A stretch of DNA of 64,000 bases from an uncultured Actinomycetota bacterium (GTDB lineage Bacteria; Actinomycetota; Actinomycetes; JAHEKZ01), in the NCBI GenBank assembly GCA_963718235.1, contig CAVQYR010000001.1, positions 1,984,001 to 2,048,000 on the forward strand, read 5' to 3'. Shown in pieces: positions 29,500 to 37,677 of this stretch. The position numbers and the translations under genes were made by a program. Position 1 is the first letter of the stretch; each line of letters starts with the position of its first letter. A model generated the notes under the pieces. The model worked only from the letters and a program-made list of their open reading frames with translations, made no database searches and had not been told where the DNA came from.

Positions 29500-31743
29500 A
29501 TGGGTGGGGCGAGGGAACCGGTCGGACGCATCCGGTTCATGGATGCCCAGAACGTCAACCTCGACGGGTTCGCCGTCGAGAACGCCGATCTCGGCCTGAT
29601 CGCACTGCACTCACCGCACGACCCCGAGCCGAGCCTGGTCGTTCGCGACAACCGGGTCGTCGAGCTGGACGGGGTCGCCGAGGAGGACTTCGACTCCCTC
29701 GACGAGTTCATCGCCCGTCACGGGCTCGACCTGTCCGTGGCTGCCGAGGCGATGGCCCTGACCGACCTCGACGTCGCCCGCCTGCTGGTCGACTCCGCAG
29801 TTCCCCGTACCGAGGTCGTCCGGCTGTCGGCCGGCATGACGCCGGCCAAGCTCACCCGCTGCCTCGCCCTGTTACGTCCGGCGGAGCTGGTCATGGCGAT
29901 GACCAAGATGCGCGCCCGGCGCACGCCCAGCAACCAGGCACACGTGACCAACCGACTCGACGACCCGATGCTCCTGGCGGCCGACGCCGCCACCGCAGCC
30001 GCCTTCGGGTTCCGCGAGGTCGAGACCACCGTGCCGGTGCTCGCCGACGCGCCGTCGAACGCCGTGGCGGTGACGATCGGTGCGGCAGTCGGCTCCCCCG
30101 GGGTGCTCGTGCAGTGCTCGGTCGAGGAGGCCCTCGAGCTCGAGCTCGGCATGCGCGGCTTCGTGTCGTATGCCGAGACCGTGTCGTTGTACGGCACCGA
30201 GCAGGTGTTCACCGATGGTGATGACACTCCGTGGTCCAAGGCCTTTCTGACGTCTGGATACGCCTCGCGGGGCATCAAGATGCGCGTCTCCTCCGGTGCC
30301 GGGTCCGAGGTGCTGATGGGTGGGGCGGAGCGCCGCTCGATGCTCTACCTGGAGGCGCGCTGCGTCGCTCTGGCCCGGGCCATGGGTTCGCAGGGCGTGC
30401 AGAACGGCGGCATCGACGGTGCGAGCGTCGCCGGGGCCGTTCCCCGTGGCGTGCGTGAGCTGATGTGCGAGAACGTCATGGTGATGATGCGCAACCTTGA
30501 GTCCTGTTCCGGCAACGACGCGTTGATGTCGGAGTCCGACGTGCGCCGCACGTCGCGCACGCTGCCGATCTTCCTAGCCGGCTCGGACTTCATCTGCAGC
30601 GGCTTCGGCTCGATCCAGCGCTACGACAACATGTTCGGGCCGAGCCAGTGGAACGCCGAGGACATCGACGACTACCTGGCGATGCAGCGCGACTGGGGCG
30701 TCGACGGTGGGCTACGCACGGCCCAGGCCGAAGATGTCGCGCGGCTGCGGCGCCGCGCAGTCGATGCGGTGCGAGCCGTGTACGGGTGGTTCGGGCTGGC
30801 CGAGTTCGACGACCAGCACGCTGCCCTCGCCGTCGACGCGGCTGGTTCGAAGGACCTCGGCGACACCGACGCCATGAAGGTGCTCGACGCGGCTCGAACG
30901 ATCCAGGAGTCCGGCCTCACGATCCTCGACGTCGTCACGGCGCTGTACGAGACGGGGTTCGAGACCGAAGCCGCACGGGTGCTCGAGATGATGAAGGCCC
31001 GGGTGGCCGGTGACTACCTGCAGTCCGCGGCCATCTTCGACGAAGCGATGAACGTCCTGTCCCTCGTCACCGACCCCAACGACTACGCGGGTCCCGGCAC
31101 CGGCTACACACCCACGGCGGAGCGGCAGGACGAGATCGATGCGATCCGTCAGCAGCGGTCGGTCGAGGACCTCCGGGCCGAGCAGCGCAGCCACGCGAGT
31201 GCCGCACTTCGGCAGGTCGGAGTGGCGGGGCCCGGGGCCGATCCCCGAGAAGTGGTCATCGGTGTCTCGCCCGCGGTGGGACGCGACATCTGGCTGACCC
31301 TCTCCGGACTCTCCGTCGTCGATGCCCTCGCCGAGCTGCTGGCGGGCCTCGAGGAGGAAGGATGCGTCGGCCGCATCATTCGGGTCAACGACACCATCGA
31401 CCTCGGCATGATCGGCCTGACCGCCGCACGGCTGTCCGGGTCGGGGATCGGCATCGGCCTGCAGGGCAAGGGAACGGCGCTGATCCACCGACGCGACCTG
31501 CCCCCCTTGGCGAACCTCGAGCTGTACAGCATCGCGCCTGTGGTCGGAGCAGACCTGTACCGCCTGCTCGGCGTGAACGCGGCCCGCCACGCGAAGGGCG
31601 CCACACCGGAGCCGGCCCGCAACCCCTACACCGACGAGGCGATCGAGGCGCGCTACCACACCAAGGTGGTCTCGCTGGTCGCGATCGAGCGTGCTCACTG
31701 CAGGCCCTCTGCGCCACCTGACGAGCTGGAGTCACCGGTATGA
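29500..31743 (+). CDS. Adenosylcobalamin-dependent diol/glycerol dehydratase homologue, fused large (alpha) + medium (beta) subunits
   Basis: Alpha motifs: VNLDGF, RARRTPSNQAHVTN, ETTV, QCSVEEA, YAETVSLYGTE, DGDDTPWSK, YASRGIKMR, YDNMF, GDYLQS, NDYAGPGTGY. Beta motifs follow in frame: EVVIGVSPA, GLEEEG, LSGSGIGIGLQGKGT, LANLELY, NAAR.AKG. Confidence 0.92.
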   Translation: MGGAREPVGRIRFMDAQNVNLDGFAVENADLGLIALHSPHDPEPSLVVRDNRVVELDGVAEEDFDSLDEFIARHGLDLSVAAEAMALTDLDVARLLVDSAVPRTEVVRLSAGMTPAKLTRCLALLRPAELVMAMTKMRARRTPSNQAHVTNRLDDPMLLAADAATAAAFGFREVETTVPVLADAPSNAVAVTIGAAVGSPGVLVQCSVEEALELELGMRGFVSYAETVSLYGTEQVFTDGDDTPWSKAFLTSGYASRGIKMRVSSGAGSEVLMGGAERRSMLYLEARCVALARAMGSQGVQNGGIDGASVAGAVPRGVRELMCENVMVMMRNLESCSGNDALMSESDVRRTSRTLPIFLAGSDFICSGFGSIQRYDNMFGPSQWNAEDIDDYLAMQRDWGVDGGLRTAQAEDVARLRRRAVDAVRAVYGWFGLAEFDDQHAALAVDAAGSKDLGDTDAMKVLDAARTIQESGLTILDVVTALYETGFETEAARVLEMMKARVAGDYLQSAAIFDEAMNVLSLVTDPNDYAGPGTGYTPTAERQDEIDAIRQQRSVEDLRAEQRSHASAALRQVGVAGPGADPREVVIGVSPAVGRDIWLTLSGLSVVDALAELLAGLEEEGCVGRIIRVNDTIDLGMIGLTAARLSGSGIGIGLQGKGTALIHRRDLPPLANLELYSIAPVVGADLYRLLGVNAARHAKGATPEPARNPYTDEAIEARYHTKVVSLVAIERAHCRPSAPPDELESPV

Positions 31744-32099
31744 GCGCGCCTGGACGCTCCGGGCGCCTCGCGCACGAGGTCACCCTCGATGCCGTGCGGT
31801 CCGGTGATGTCACCATCGACGACGTACGCATCCACCCAGACACCCTCGAGCACCAGGCGCAGGTCGCCGAAAGCCACGGAAACCCTCAGCTCGCGGCCAA
31901 CTTCCGCCGCGCTGCAGAGCTCACCGCGATTCCCGACGCCGACGTGCTGCGCATCTATGAGGCCCTGCGGCCCCACCGCAGCACTCCCGACGACTTCGAA
32001 GCCATCGCCCGCTGGCTGGAGGAGCGCGCCGCCCCACTCAACGCGGAGCTGGTCCGAGAGGCGGCACGCGTCTACGTCCGGCGGGGTCTCAGCCGGTGA
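31740..32099 (+). CDS. Diol dehydratase small (gamma) subunit, N-terminally short
   Basis: GRLAHEVTLDAV, QLAANFRRAAEL, YEALRPHRST, VREAARVY..R motifs of the PduE/DhaB3 family. ATGA overlap. Confidence 0.9.
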   Translation: MSAPGRSGRLAHEVTLDAVRSGDVTIDDVRIHPDTLEHQAQVAESHGNPQLAANFRRAAELTAIPDADVLRIYEALRPHRSTPDDFEAIARWLEERAAPLNAELVREAARVYVRRGLSR

Positions 32100-33790
32100 C
32101 CGTTGTCGCCGGGGTGGACATCGGAAACGCGACCACCGAGGTCGTGGTGGCGCGCCTCGACGGCAACGCGCTGGTCCCCGTCGCCTGGGACCGCACGATG
32201 ACCCGTGGCGGCAAAGGCTCCCAGTCGTCTGTGGACGGGGCGGCAGCGCTGTTGCGCCGGCTGGAGCGACAGGGGGCCCCATCGCCGACGGTCGTTGCTC
32301 TTGCACCGCTGCGACCCGTGGGCACCGAGGCGCTCGTGCTCCCCGAGCCACCCCTCGACACCGGGCGGCTCGTGATCGGTGCCTCCGGGGTTCCGACCGC
32401 GGGTGGAGCCGGCCATGGAGTGGGCAGGCCGGTCATGCTCGCCGACCTCACCGGCTCCGGCGCCTCAGCCACCGACACGATCGTCCTGGCGCCGAGCGAC
32501 GTCGGCTATCGCGACGTTGCCTCGGCTGTCGCCTCGGCACTGGAGGCAGGGGTGCCCGTGCGTGGCGTCGTCCTGGCCAGCGACGACGCGGTGCTCGTGG
32601 CCAACCGGCTGCCGACCGACCTTCCGGTCGTCGACCAGGCGGACGTCGTCGCCCTTCAGCTCTGTCGGAAGGTCATCGTCGAGGTGCGCGCCGCTGGACA
32701 ACCGGTGCGGGCGGCCTCCGACGCGCTGCACCTCGCGTCGTCGCTGCACCTCGGTCCTCCGGACGCGACGGCGGTTGCCGTGGTGTGCCGGTCCCTGTTC
32801 GACGTGTCGAACGCGGTGGTCGGGGTTCGCGAGGAGCCGGCGCCTCCCGCTGCGTCGATGCCGAGCGCGTGGGTCGAGCTGTCCGACGGGGCGTCACTGC
32901 CGATGTCCGAAGCCCATCACCTGCTCCGGGATGGCCCCCCCGGTCTGGCTCACCGGGTCGGCCTCCCAGCGGCGTCCGGGGACCGCGTGCTCGAGGTCGA
33001 CGACCTCGGGACCGTGCATCTGGGCGCAGTGGCGGACGTCGTCGTCAGTCGCTCCGGCAGCACCGTCTCGCGGTCCTACGCGCTGTCCGCACTTCACCGT
33101 GACCCGGTGGTCGTGGCGGCCGCGCAGCTGGGTGAGGCAACCGGTTTGCCGGTGGTCACGGTCGACAGCGAGGCAGCCTCGTCGAGACGAGGTGCCCTGA
33201 CGACACCAGGAGCGACCACGGACTGCGCTGTGGTGGACCTGGGTGGTGGCACGGTCGACGTGACCACCACCGAGGCTGAGACCGTCGTCGCCGGCGCCGG
33301 CGACCTGCTCACCGTCTCCACCGCAGCCACGCTTGGACTGCCCCGAGGAGCGGCCGAGTGGGTCAAGCGGGTGCCGTGCCATCGGGTCGAGACGCCACAC
33401 CTGCTCGTCGGCGAGGACGGGTCGCGCACCTTCGTCGACGGACGTCTGCCCGGTGACCACGTGGGATCCCTGGTGGTGCCCGGACCGGCCGGCTGGCTGG
33501 CCTTCGACCGGTCGTTGGCGGCGGCCGAGTGGCGAGCCCTTCGTCTCGCCCTGAAGCGCGAGGTGCTCGGGGGTGCGGTACGACGGGCGCTGCGCGCCTG
33601 CGGACCGCTGCCCAGCACCGTGGTGCTCGTCGGCGGGCCGGCAGGGGACGACGAGGCCGTGGCCACCGTGTCGCGCGTGCTCCCGGCCCAGACAGCAGTG
33701 GGGCGCGGTAACGTCGCAGGTATGCTCGGGCACCGCTACGCCGTCGCCTTCGGCCTGGCGCTGGGCGCCACGGCGCACCACTCGGCCTGA
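32096..33790 (+). CDS. Diol dehydratase reactivase alpha subunit (PduG/DdrA-like)
   Basis: GVDIGNATTEV, DDAVLVANRL, DLGGGTVD, AGAGD, VVLVGG, GRGNVAG...YAVAFGL motifs. Confidence 0.85.
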   Translation: MTVVAGVDIGNATTEVVVARLDGNALVPVAWDRTMTRGGKGSQSSVDGAAALLRRLERQGAPSPTVVALAPLRPVGTEALVLPEPPLDTGRLVIGASGVPTAGGAGHGVGRPVMLADLTGSGASATDTIVLAPSDVGYRDVASAVASALEAGVPVRGVVLASDDAVLVANRLPTDLPVVDQADVVALQLCRKVIVEVRAAGQPVRAASDALHLASSLHLGPPDATAVAVVCRSLFDVSNAVVGVREEPAPPAASMPSAWVELSDGASLPMSEAHHLLRDGPPGLAHRVGLPAASGDRVLEVDDLGTVHLGAVADVVVSRSGSTVSRSYALSALHRDPVVVAAAQLGEATGLPVVTVDSEAASSRRGALTTPGATTDCAVVDLGGGTVDVTTTEAETVVAGAGDLLTVSTAATLGLPRGAAEWVKRVPCHRVETPHLLVGEDGSRTFVDGRLPGDHVGSLVVPGPAGWLAFDRSLAAAEWRALRLALKREVLGGAVRRALRACGPLPSTVVLVGGPAGDDEAVATVSRVLPAQTAVGRGNVAGMLGHRYAVAFGLALGATAHHSA

Positions 33791-33825
33791 GGCATTCGCA
33801 CGGCCCGTGGGTCAGTACCGGTGGG

Positions 33826-35493
33826 TCAGATGCCGGTGGTGACCTCGACCGTGCCGTCGGCGATCGCCTGGGTGAGCTCGGCGTAGTCGCGCTCGGCCTG
33901 GTCCGCGTACTGCTCGGCGAAGCTCACGACGGCCTGGCCGAACGTGTCGTCGTCACCGAGGTAGGTGCTGATCGCCAGCACGTCGCCTCCGCGAGCGTGC
34001 GCGCGGGCGAGAGTGGCGCCGCAGAGCCGGGCGTAGGCCACCAGGCCGATCGGCTGGATCTTGGTCAGGTCCAGGCTTCCCTTCATGTCATGCAGCTGAC
34101 GCACGAAGAAGTCGTTGCCGGCGGGGCCTCTTGTCCAGCCCAGGAAGATGTCGCTGGCCGCCTGCATGTACCGCTGCCCTTGAACCACCCGCTCACCGTG
34201 GTTCTCGAACGCGCTCGGCCGAAGGTGCGGCTCCAGTACGGACTGGCTCGCCTGCTTGACCTGGAGCACCAGCGGGTCGTCGACGTCGCGGCCTTCCATC
34301 AGCATGATGAACGCGCGTGTGCCGACGCTGCCCACACCGACGACCTTGCGGGCGAAGTCGGTCCAGCGGTACCGCTCGAGCAGCCAGCGCCGGTCGTTCT
34401 GCAGGGTGGCCCGGTATTGGGTGTAGACGGCCTCGAGCTGCTCCCGTTCCCGCGGTGCGGGGGTCTGACGGACCAGGACGGGAGGTTGGTCGAGGAACCG
34501 GCGCTCGCCGTCGACGACCTCGGTGAGCTTCTCAGCGGCGCGCAAGGACGTCTTGCCGCGGGCCTTGTCGAAGATGCTGGACAGCTTGGCTTCGCCCTTC
34601 TTGGCGACCTTCTTGGACGGCGCGAGCCGCAGAATCGCGTCCCGGATCTCCTGGGCGTCGATCTTGGTGTACCAGATCTCGAGGTTGCCCATCTGGGCCA
34701 GCTCACCCATGATGTTTCGGTACGACTCAACGGCCGCCAGAGCCGCCGCCCGGCCCTCCTTGCGCTTGAACCCCCGGTCGCGGGCAGCGAGCAGGACCGA
34801 GACCACAAGCCGTTTCACGTCCCACTCGAACGGGCCTGGGAGAGTCTCGTCGAAGTCGTTGACATCGAACACCAGGTCGCGCTCGGGGGAGCCGAAGAAG
34901 CCGAAGTTCGACAGATGCGCGTCACCGCAGATCTGGGTGCCGCCCGGGGTGTACGGCTGCTGGGCCAGGTCATAAGCCATCACCGCGGCCGACCCACGGT
35001 AGAAGGAGAACGCCGAGGCGCTCATCCGTCCGTAGCGCAGCGGTACGAGGTCGGACAGCCGGTTGGTGTCCTGGGCCTGGAGCATGCCCAAGGCGCTGGG
35101 TCGGCCTGGGTCCACGTCGAACCGCGCTTGCCCCTCCAACGGCGCGACCTGGCGCCACTGCATGCCTCGCGCGATCCGCTCGTCGAACGTGCGGTGCGGG
35201 TGGAGCCTCGCTGTCGAGCTCGTCGGCCGGGTCTTGGTGGCGGCCGCCTTCTTGGCCGGCGCCCGCTTCGTCGGCGTCTTCTTCGCTGTGACCTTCTTGG
35301 CCGGCGCCCGCTTCGAGGGGGCCTTCTTGGCGGCCGTCGAACGAGCCGCAGTTGTCCGTACCGGCGCCTTCTTGGCCGCCGTCTTCTTGGCCGCCGTCTT
35401 CTTGACTGCGGCCTTCTTTGCTGGGGTCTTCTTCGCCGGGGTCTGCTTCGCGGTTGAAGACGTGCCCTGAGGCGCCACGGTGGGCTCAGACAT
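33826..35493 (-). CDS. DUF2252 family protein with Lys/Ala-rich histone-like N-terminal extension
   Basis: LRYGRMSASAFSFYRGSA, GDAHLSNFG, FDVNDFDE, KVVGVGSVGTR, LQVKQA, SDIFLGW, LARAHAR motifs. N-term (P/A)AKK repeats. Confidence 0.85.
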   Translation of the reverse strand: MSEPTVAPQGTSSTAKQTPAKKTPAKKAAVKKTAAKKTAAKKAPVRTTAARSTAAKKAPSKRAPAKKVTAKKTPTKRAPAKKAAATKTRPTSSTARLHPHRTFDERIARGMQWRQVAPLEGQARFDVDPGRPSALGMLQAQDTNRLSDLVPLRYGRMSASAFSFYRGSAAVMAYDLAQQPYTPGGTQICGDAHLSNFGFFGSPERDLVFDVNDFDETLPGPFEWDVKRLVVSVLLAARDRGFKRKEGRAAALAAVESYRNIMGELAQMGNLEIWYTKIDAQEIRDAILRLAPSKKVAKKGEAKLSSIFDKARGKTSLRAAEKLTEVVDGERRFLDQPPVLVRQTPAPREREQLEAVYTQYRATLQNDRRWLLERYRWTDFARKVVGVGSVGTRAFIMLMEGRDVDDPLVLQVKQASQSVLEPHLRPSAFENHGERVVQGQRYMQAASDIFLGWTRGPAGNDFFVRQLHDMKGSLDLTKIQPIGLVAYARLCGATLARAHARGGDVLAISTYLGDDDTFGQAVVSFAEQYADQAERDYAELTQAIADGTVEVTTGI

Positions 35494-35605
35494 GGTTCTC
35501 CCCTGCTCGACTGCCCCAAGAATGCCCGTCACGAGCCTCCGCGCACAACGCGGGTCACTGCATTGACCCCGACGGGGTGAGTCGGCCCCCCGGCTGTGAC
35601 ACCCT

Positions 35606-35863
35606 GTGGACATGCAGATCGACGGGATCATCTCCGGCCTTTTCGCTGCCGTGGTCGTCGGTGTCGTCGCCCGCCTGCTCGTCCGTGGCTACCAGCCGAT
35701 CGGCTGCCTGCTCACCCTGCTCATCGGTCTCGTGGGTGCCGCAGTCGGCGCCTGGATCGGCAACGTGTTCGACCTGGCCTGGTTCCTCACCTTCGCCATC
35801 CAGATCCTGATCGGCGCGCTCCTGGTGCTGCCGTTCACCGTCGCCACTCGCGACCGCTTCTAG
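35606..35863 (+). CDS. GlsB/YeaQ/YmgE (transglycosylase-associated) small membrane protein
   Basis: Three hydrophobic helices with G.VARLL.....IG...T..IG.VGA..G pattern. Confidence 0.65.
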   Translation: MDMQIDGIISGLFAAVVVGVVARLLVRGYQPIGCLLTLLIGLVGAAVGAWIGNVFDLAWFLTFAIQILIGALLVLPFTVATRDRF

Positions 35864-36870
35864 TCGGCCTGGTTCGTGAGGGCGACCAGGCGCGACAAGG
35901 CCCGGTAGTACTTCTTCCGGTACCCCCCGCGCAGCATGTCCTCGCTGAAGACCCGGTCGATCGGCACGCCCGAGGTCACCAACGCAACGTCGCGGTCGTA
36001 GAGCCGGTCGGCGAGCACCACGAGGCGCAGGGCGACAGCTTGGTCCGAGACCGGCACCAACGAGGTCCAGCAAGCGGTGGAGACGCCGTCGAGCATGGCG
36101 CCGTAGCGACTGGGGTGCACGGCCGACAGGTGCTCCAGCAGCGCACCGAAGTCGTCGAGCGTGGCGTCGGGTGACTCATTGGCGATCCGGGTGACCTCGC
36201 CCTCGGACAGCGGAGTCGGGGCACCAACCGCGCCACGGTGGCGGTAGTCGTCACCCTCAATGCGCACCACGTCGAAACGGGCGGCCAGGCCCTGGATCTC
36301 CCGGAGGAAGTCGTCGGCGGCGAACCGCTGCTCGCCGAGTCGGTCCGGCAGGGTGTTCGACGTCGCCGCCAGCCGCACCCCCGCCCCGGCGAGCTGACCG
36401 AGGAGGGTGCTCATCAGCACCGTGTCCCCAGGGTCGTCCAGCTCGAACTCGTCGATGCACAGCAGGGTGAGGCGGCTCAGCTCCTCGACCGCTGGACGGA
36501 AGCCGAGCGCACCGACGAGGTGGGTGAGCTCCACGAACGTCGAGAACGCCTTCGGGCCCACCCCGAAGTGCCACAGGGCCGCGAGCAGGTGGGTCTTGCC
36601 CACGCCGAAGCCGCCGTCGAGGTAGACCCCCTGCCGGGACTCCGGAGGCTCGGGTGCCCTGCGGGTCCAGCGACGGCGTGCGGTCGCAGGGGCACCCAGG
36701 CGGTCGGCGAAGACCTCGAGGGCGGCGACGGCGGCGGCCTGCGTCGGCTGGGCCGGGTCGGGCCGGTAGGTGTCGAACCGCACCTGCGAGAACCGCGGCG
36801 GGGGCACCAGCGCCGCAACCAGCTGCTCGGTCGTCACGGCCGGCTGGACATCGACCAGGCGCTTCGGCAC
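35860..36870 (-). CDS. zapE: Cell division ATPase ZapE (AFG1 family)
   Basis: PPPRF, GVYLDGGFGVGKTHLL, DEFELDDPGD, ATSNT, DYRHRG, KKY.RA.SRL motifs. GTG start after TAGGCT. Confidence 0.88.
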   Translation of the reverse strand: MPKRLVDVQPAVTTEQLVAALVPPPRFSQVRFDTYRPDPAQPTQAAAVAALEVFADRLGAPATARRRWTRRAPEPPESRQGVYLDGGFGVGKTHLLAALWHFGVGPKAFSTFVELTHLVGALGFRPAVEELSRLTLLCIDEFELDDPGDTVLMSTLLGQLAGAGVRLAATSNTLPDRLGEQRFAADDFLREIQGLAARFDVVRIEGDDYRHRGAVGAPTPLSEGEVTRIANESPDATLDDFGALLEHLSAVHPSRYGAMLDGVSTACWTSLVPVSDQAVALRLVVLADRLYDRDVALVTSGVPIDRVFSEDMLRGGYRKKYYRALSRLVALTNQAD

Positions 36871-36927
36871 GTCGGCCAGCCTAGAGAGGCAGGCGGGGGC
36901 GTGGTCTGCCGTGGCACGATCCGTGGC

Positions 36928-37677
36928 ATGCACCGTCTCCTGGGCGACCCGACCCGCCCTATCGACCTCGAGGCGCTGGCCCACTGGTACGCCTACCCCG
37001 ACCCCTGCCCCCCACGAGGCTGGCTCCGGGCGAACATGGTGACCACGCTCGACGGCGCCGCCACCCACGAGGGAGCCACTTCGGCCCTGTCGACACCGGC
37101 GGACCAGCAGCTGCTCGGGCTCCTGCGCGGCCTCAGTGACGTCGTGGTCGTCGGGGCCGGCACGGTTCGGGCCGAGGGTTACGGCCCCACCAAGGCCCAC
37201 GAGCGACATGCAGCGCGCAGAGCCGCGGCCGGACAGCTGGTGGCGCCGGTGATCGCCATCGTGTCGGGGCGGCTCGACCTGGACCCTACGTCTTCCCTGT
37301 TCACCGAGGCCGTGGTACGCCCGGTCGTGGTCACGCATGCGCGGGCCCCAGAGTCCCGTCGGGAGGCACTGGCCGAGGTGGCCGACGTCCTCGTGTGTGG
37401 CGACGAGGGAGTCGATGTCCTGGCCGCGTTGGACGAGCTGGCCGCTCGTGGCCTGCGCCGACAGCTCACCGAGGGAGGACCGCACCTGCTCGCCGACCTG
37501 CTGCGAGCCGACCGGGTCGACGAGCTGGCCCTGACCTTCGCTGCGTCCGTGGCCGGGCCGGGAGCCACCCGCATCGTGGCCGGTCGACCGCAACCCACCG
37601 TGCACCCGATGCGGCTCGTCGGCCTGCTGCAGGACGACAGCACCGTCTTCGCGCGGTACCTGCGGGACGCCGGATGA
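36928..37677 (+). CDS. RibD C-terminal / pyrimidine reductase family protein
   Basis: LRANMVTTLDGA, VGAGTVRAEGY, EGGPHLL, VDEL motifs. Confidence 0.85.
   Translation: MHRLLGDPTRPIDLEALAHWYAYPDPCPPRGWLRANMVTTLDGAATHEGATSALSTPADQQLLGLLRGLSDVVVVGAGTVRAEGYGPTKAHERHAARRAAAGQLVAPVIAIVSGRLDLDPTSSLFTEAVVRPVVVTHARAPESRREALAEVADVLVCGDEGVDVLAALDELAARGLRRQLTEGGPHLLADLLRADRVDELALTFAASVAGPGATRIVAGRPQPTVHPMRLVGLLQDDSTVFARYLRDAG

Noticed and set aside
18167-33790. Canonical Pdu or Eut microcompartment
   Set aside because: No PduL/PduW/PduQ/PduS or EutBC. The shell set and kinase/PLP/SDR core are RMM/AAU type.
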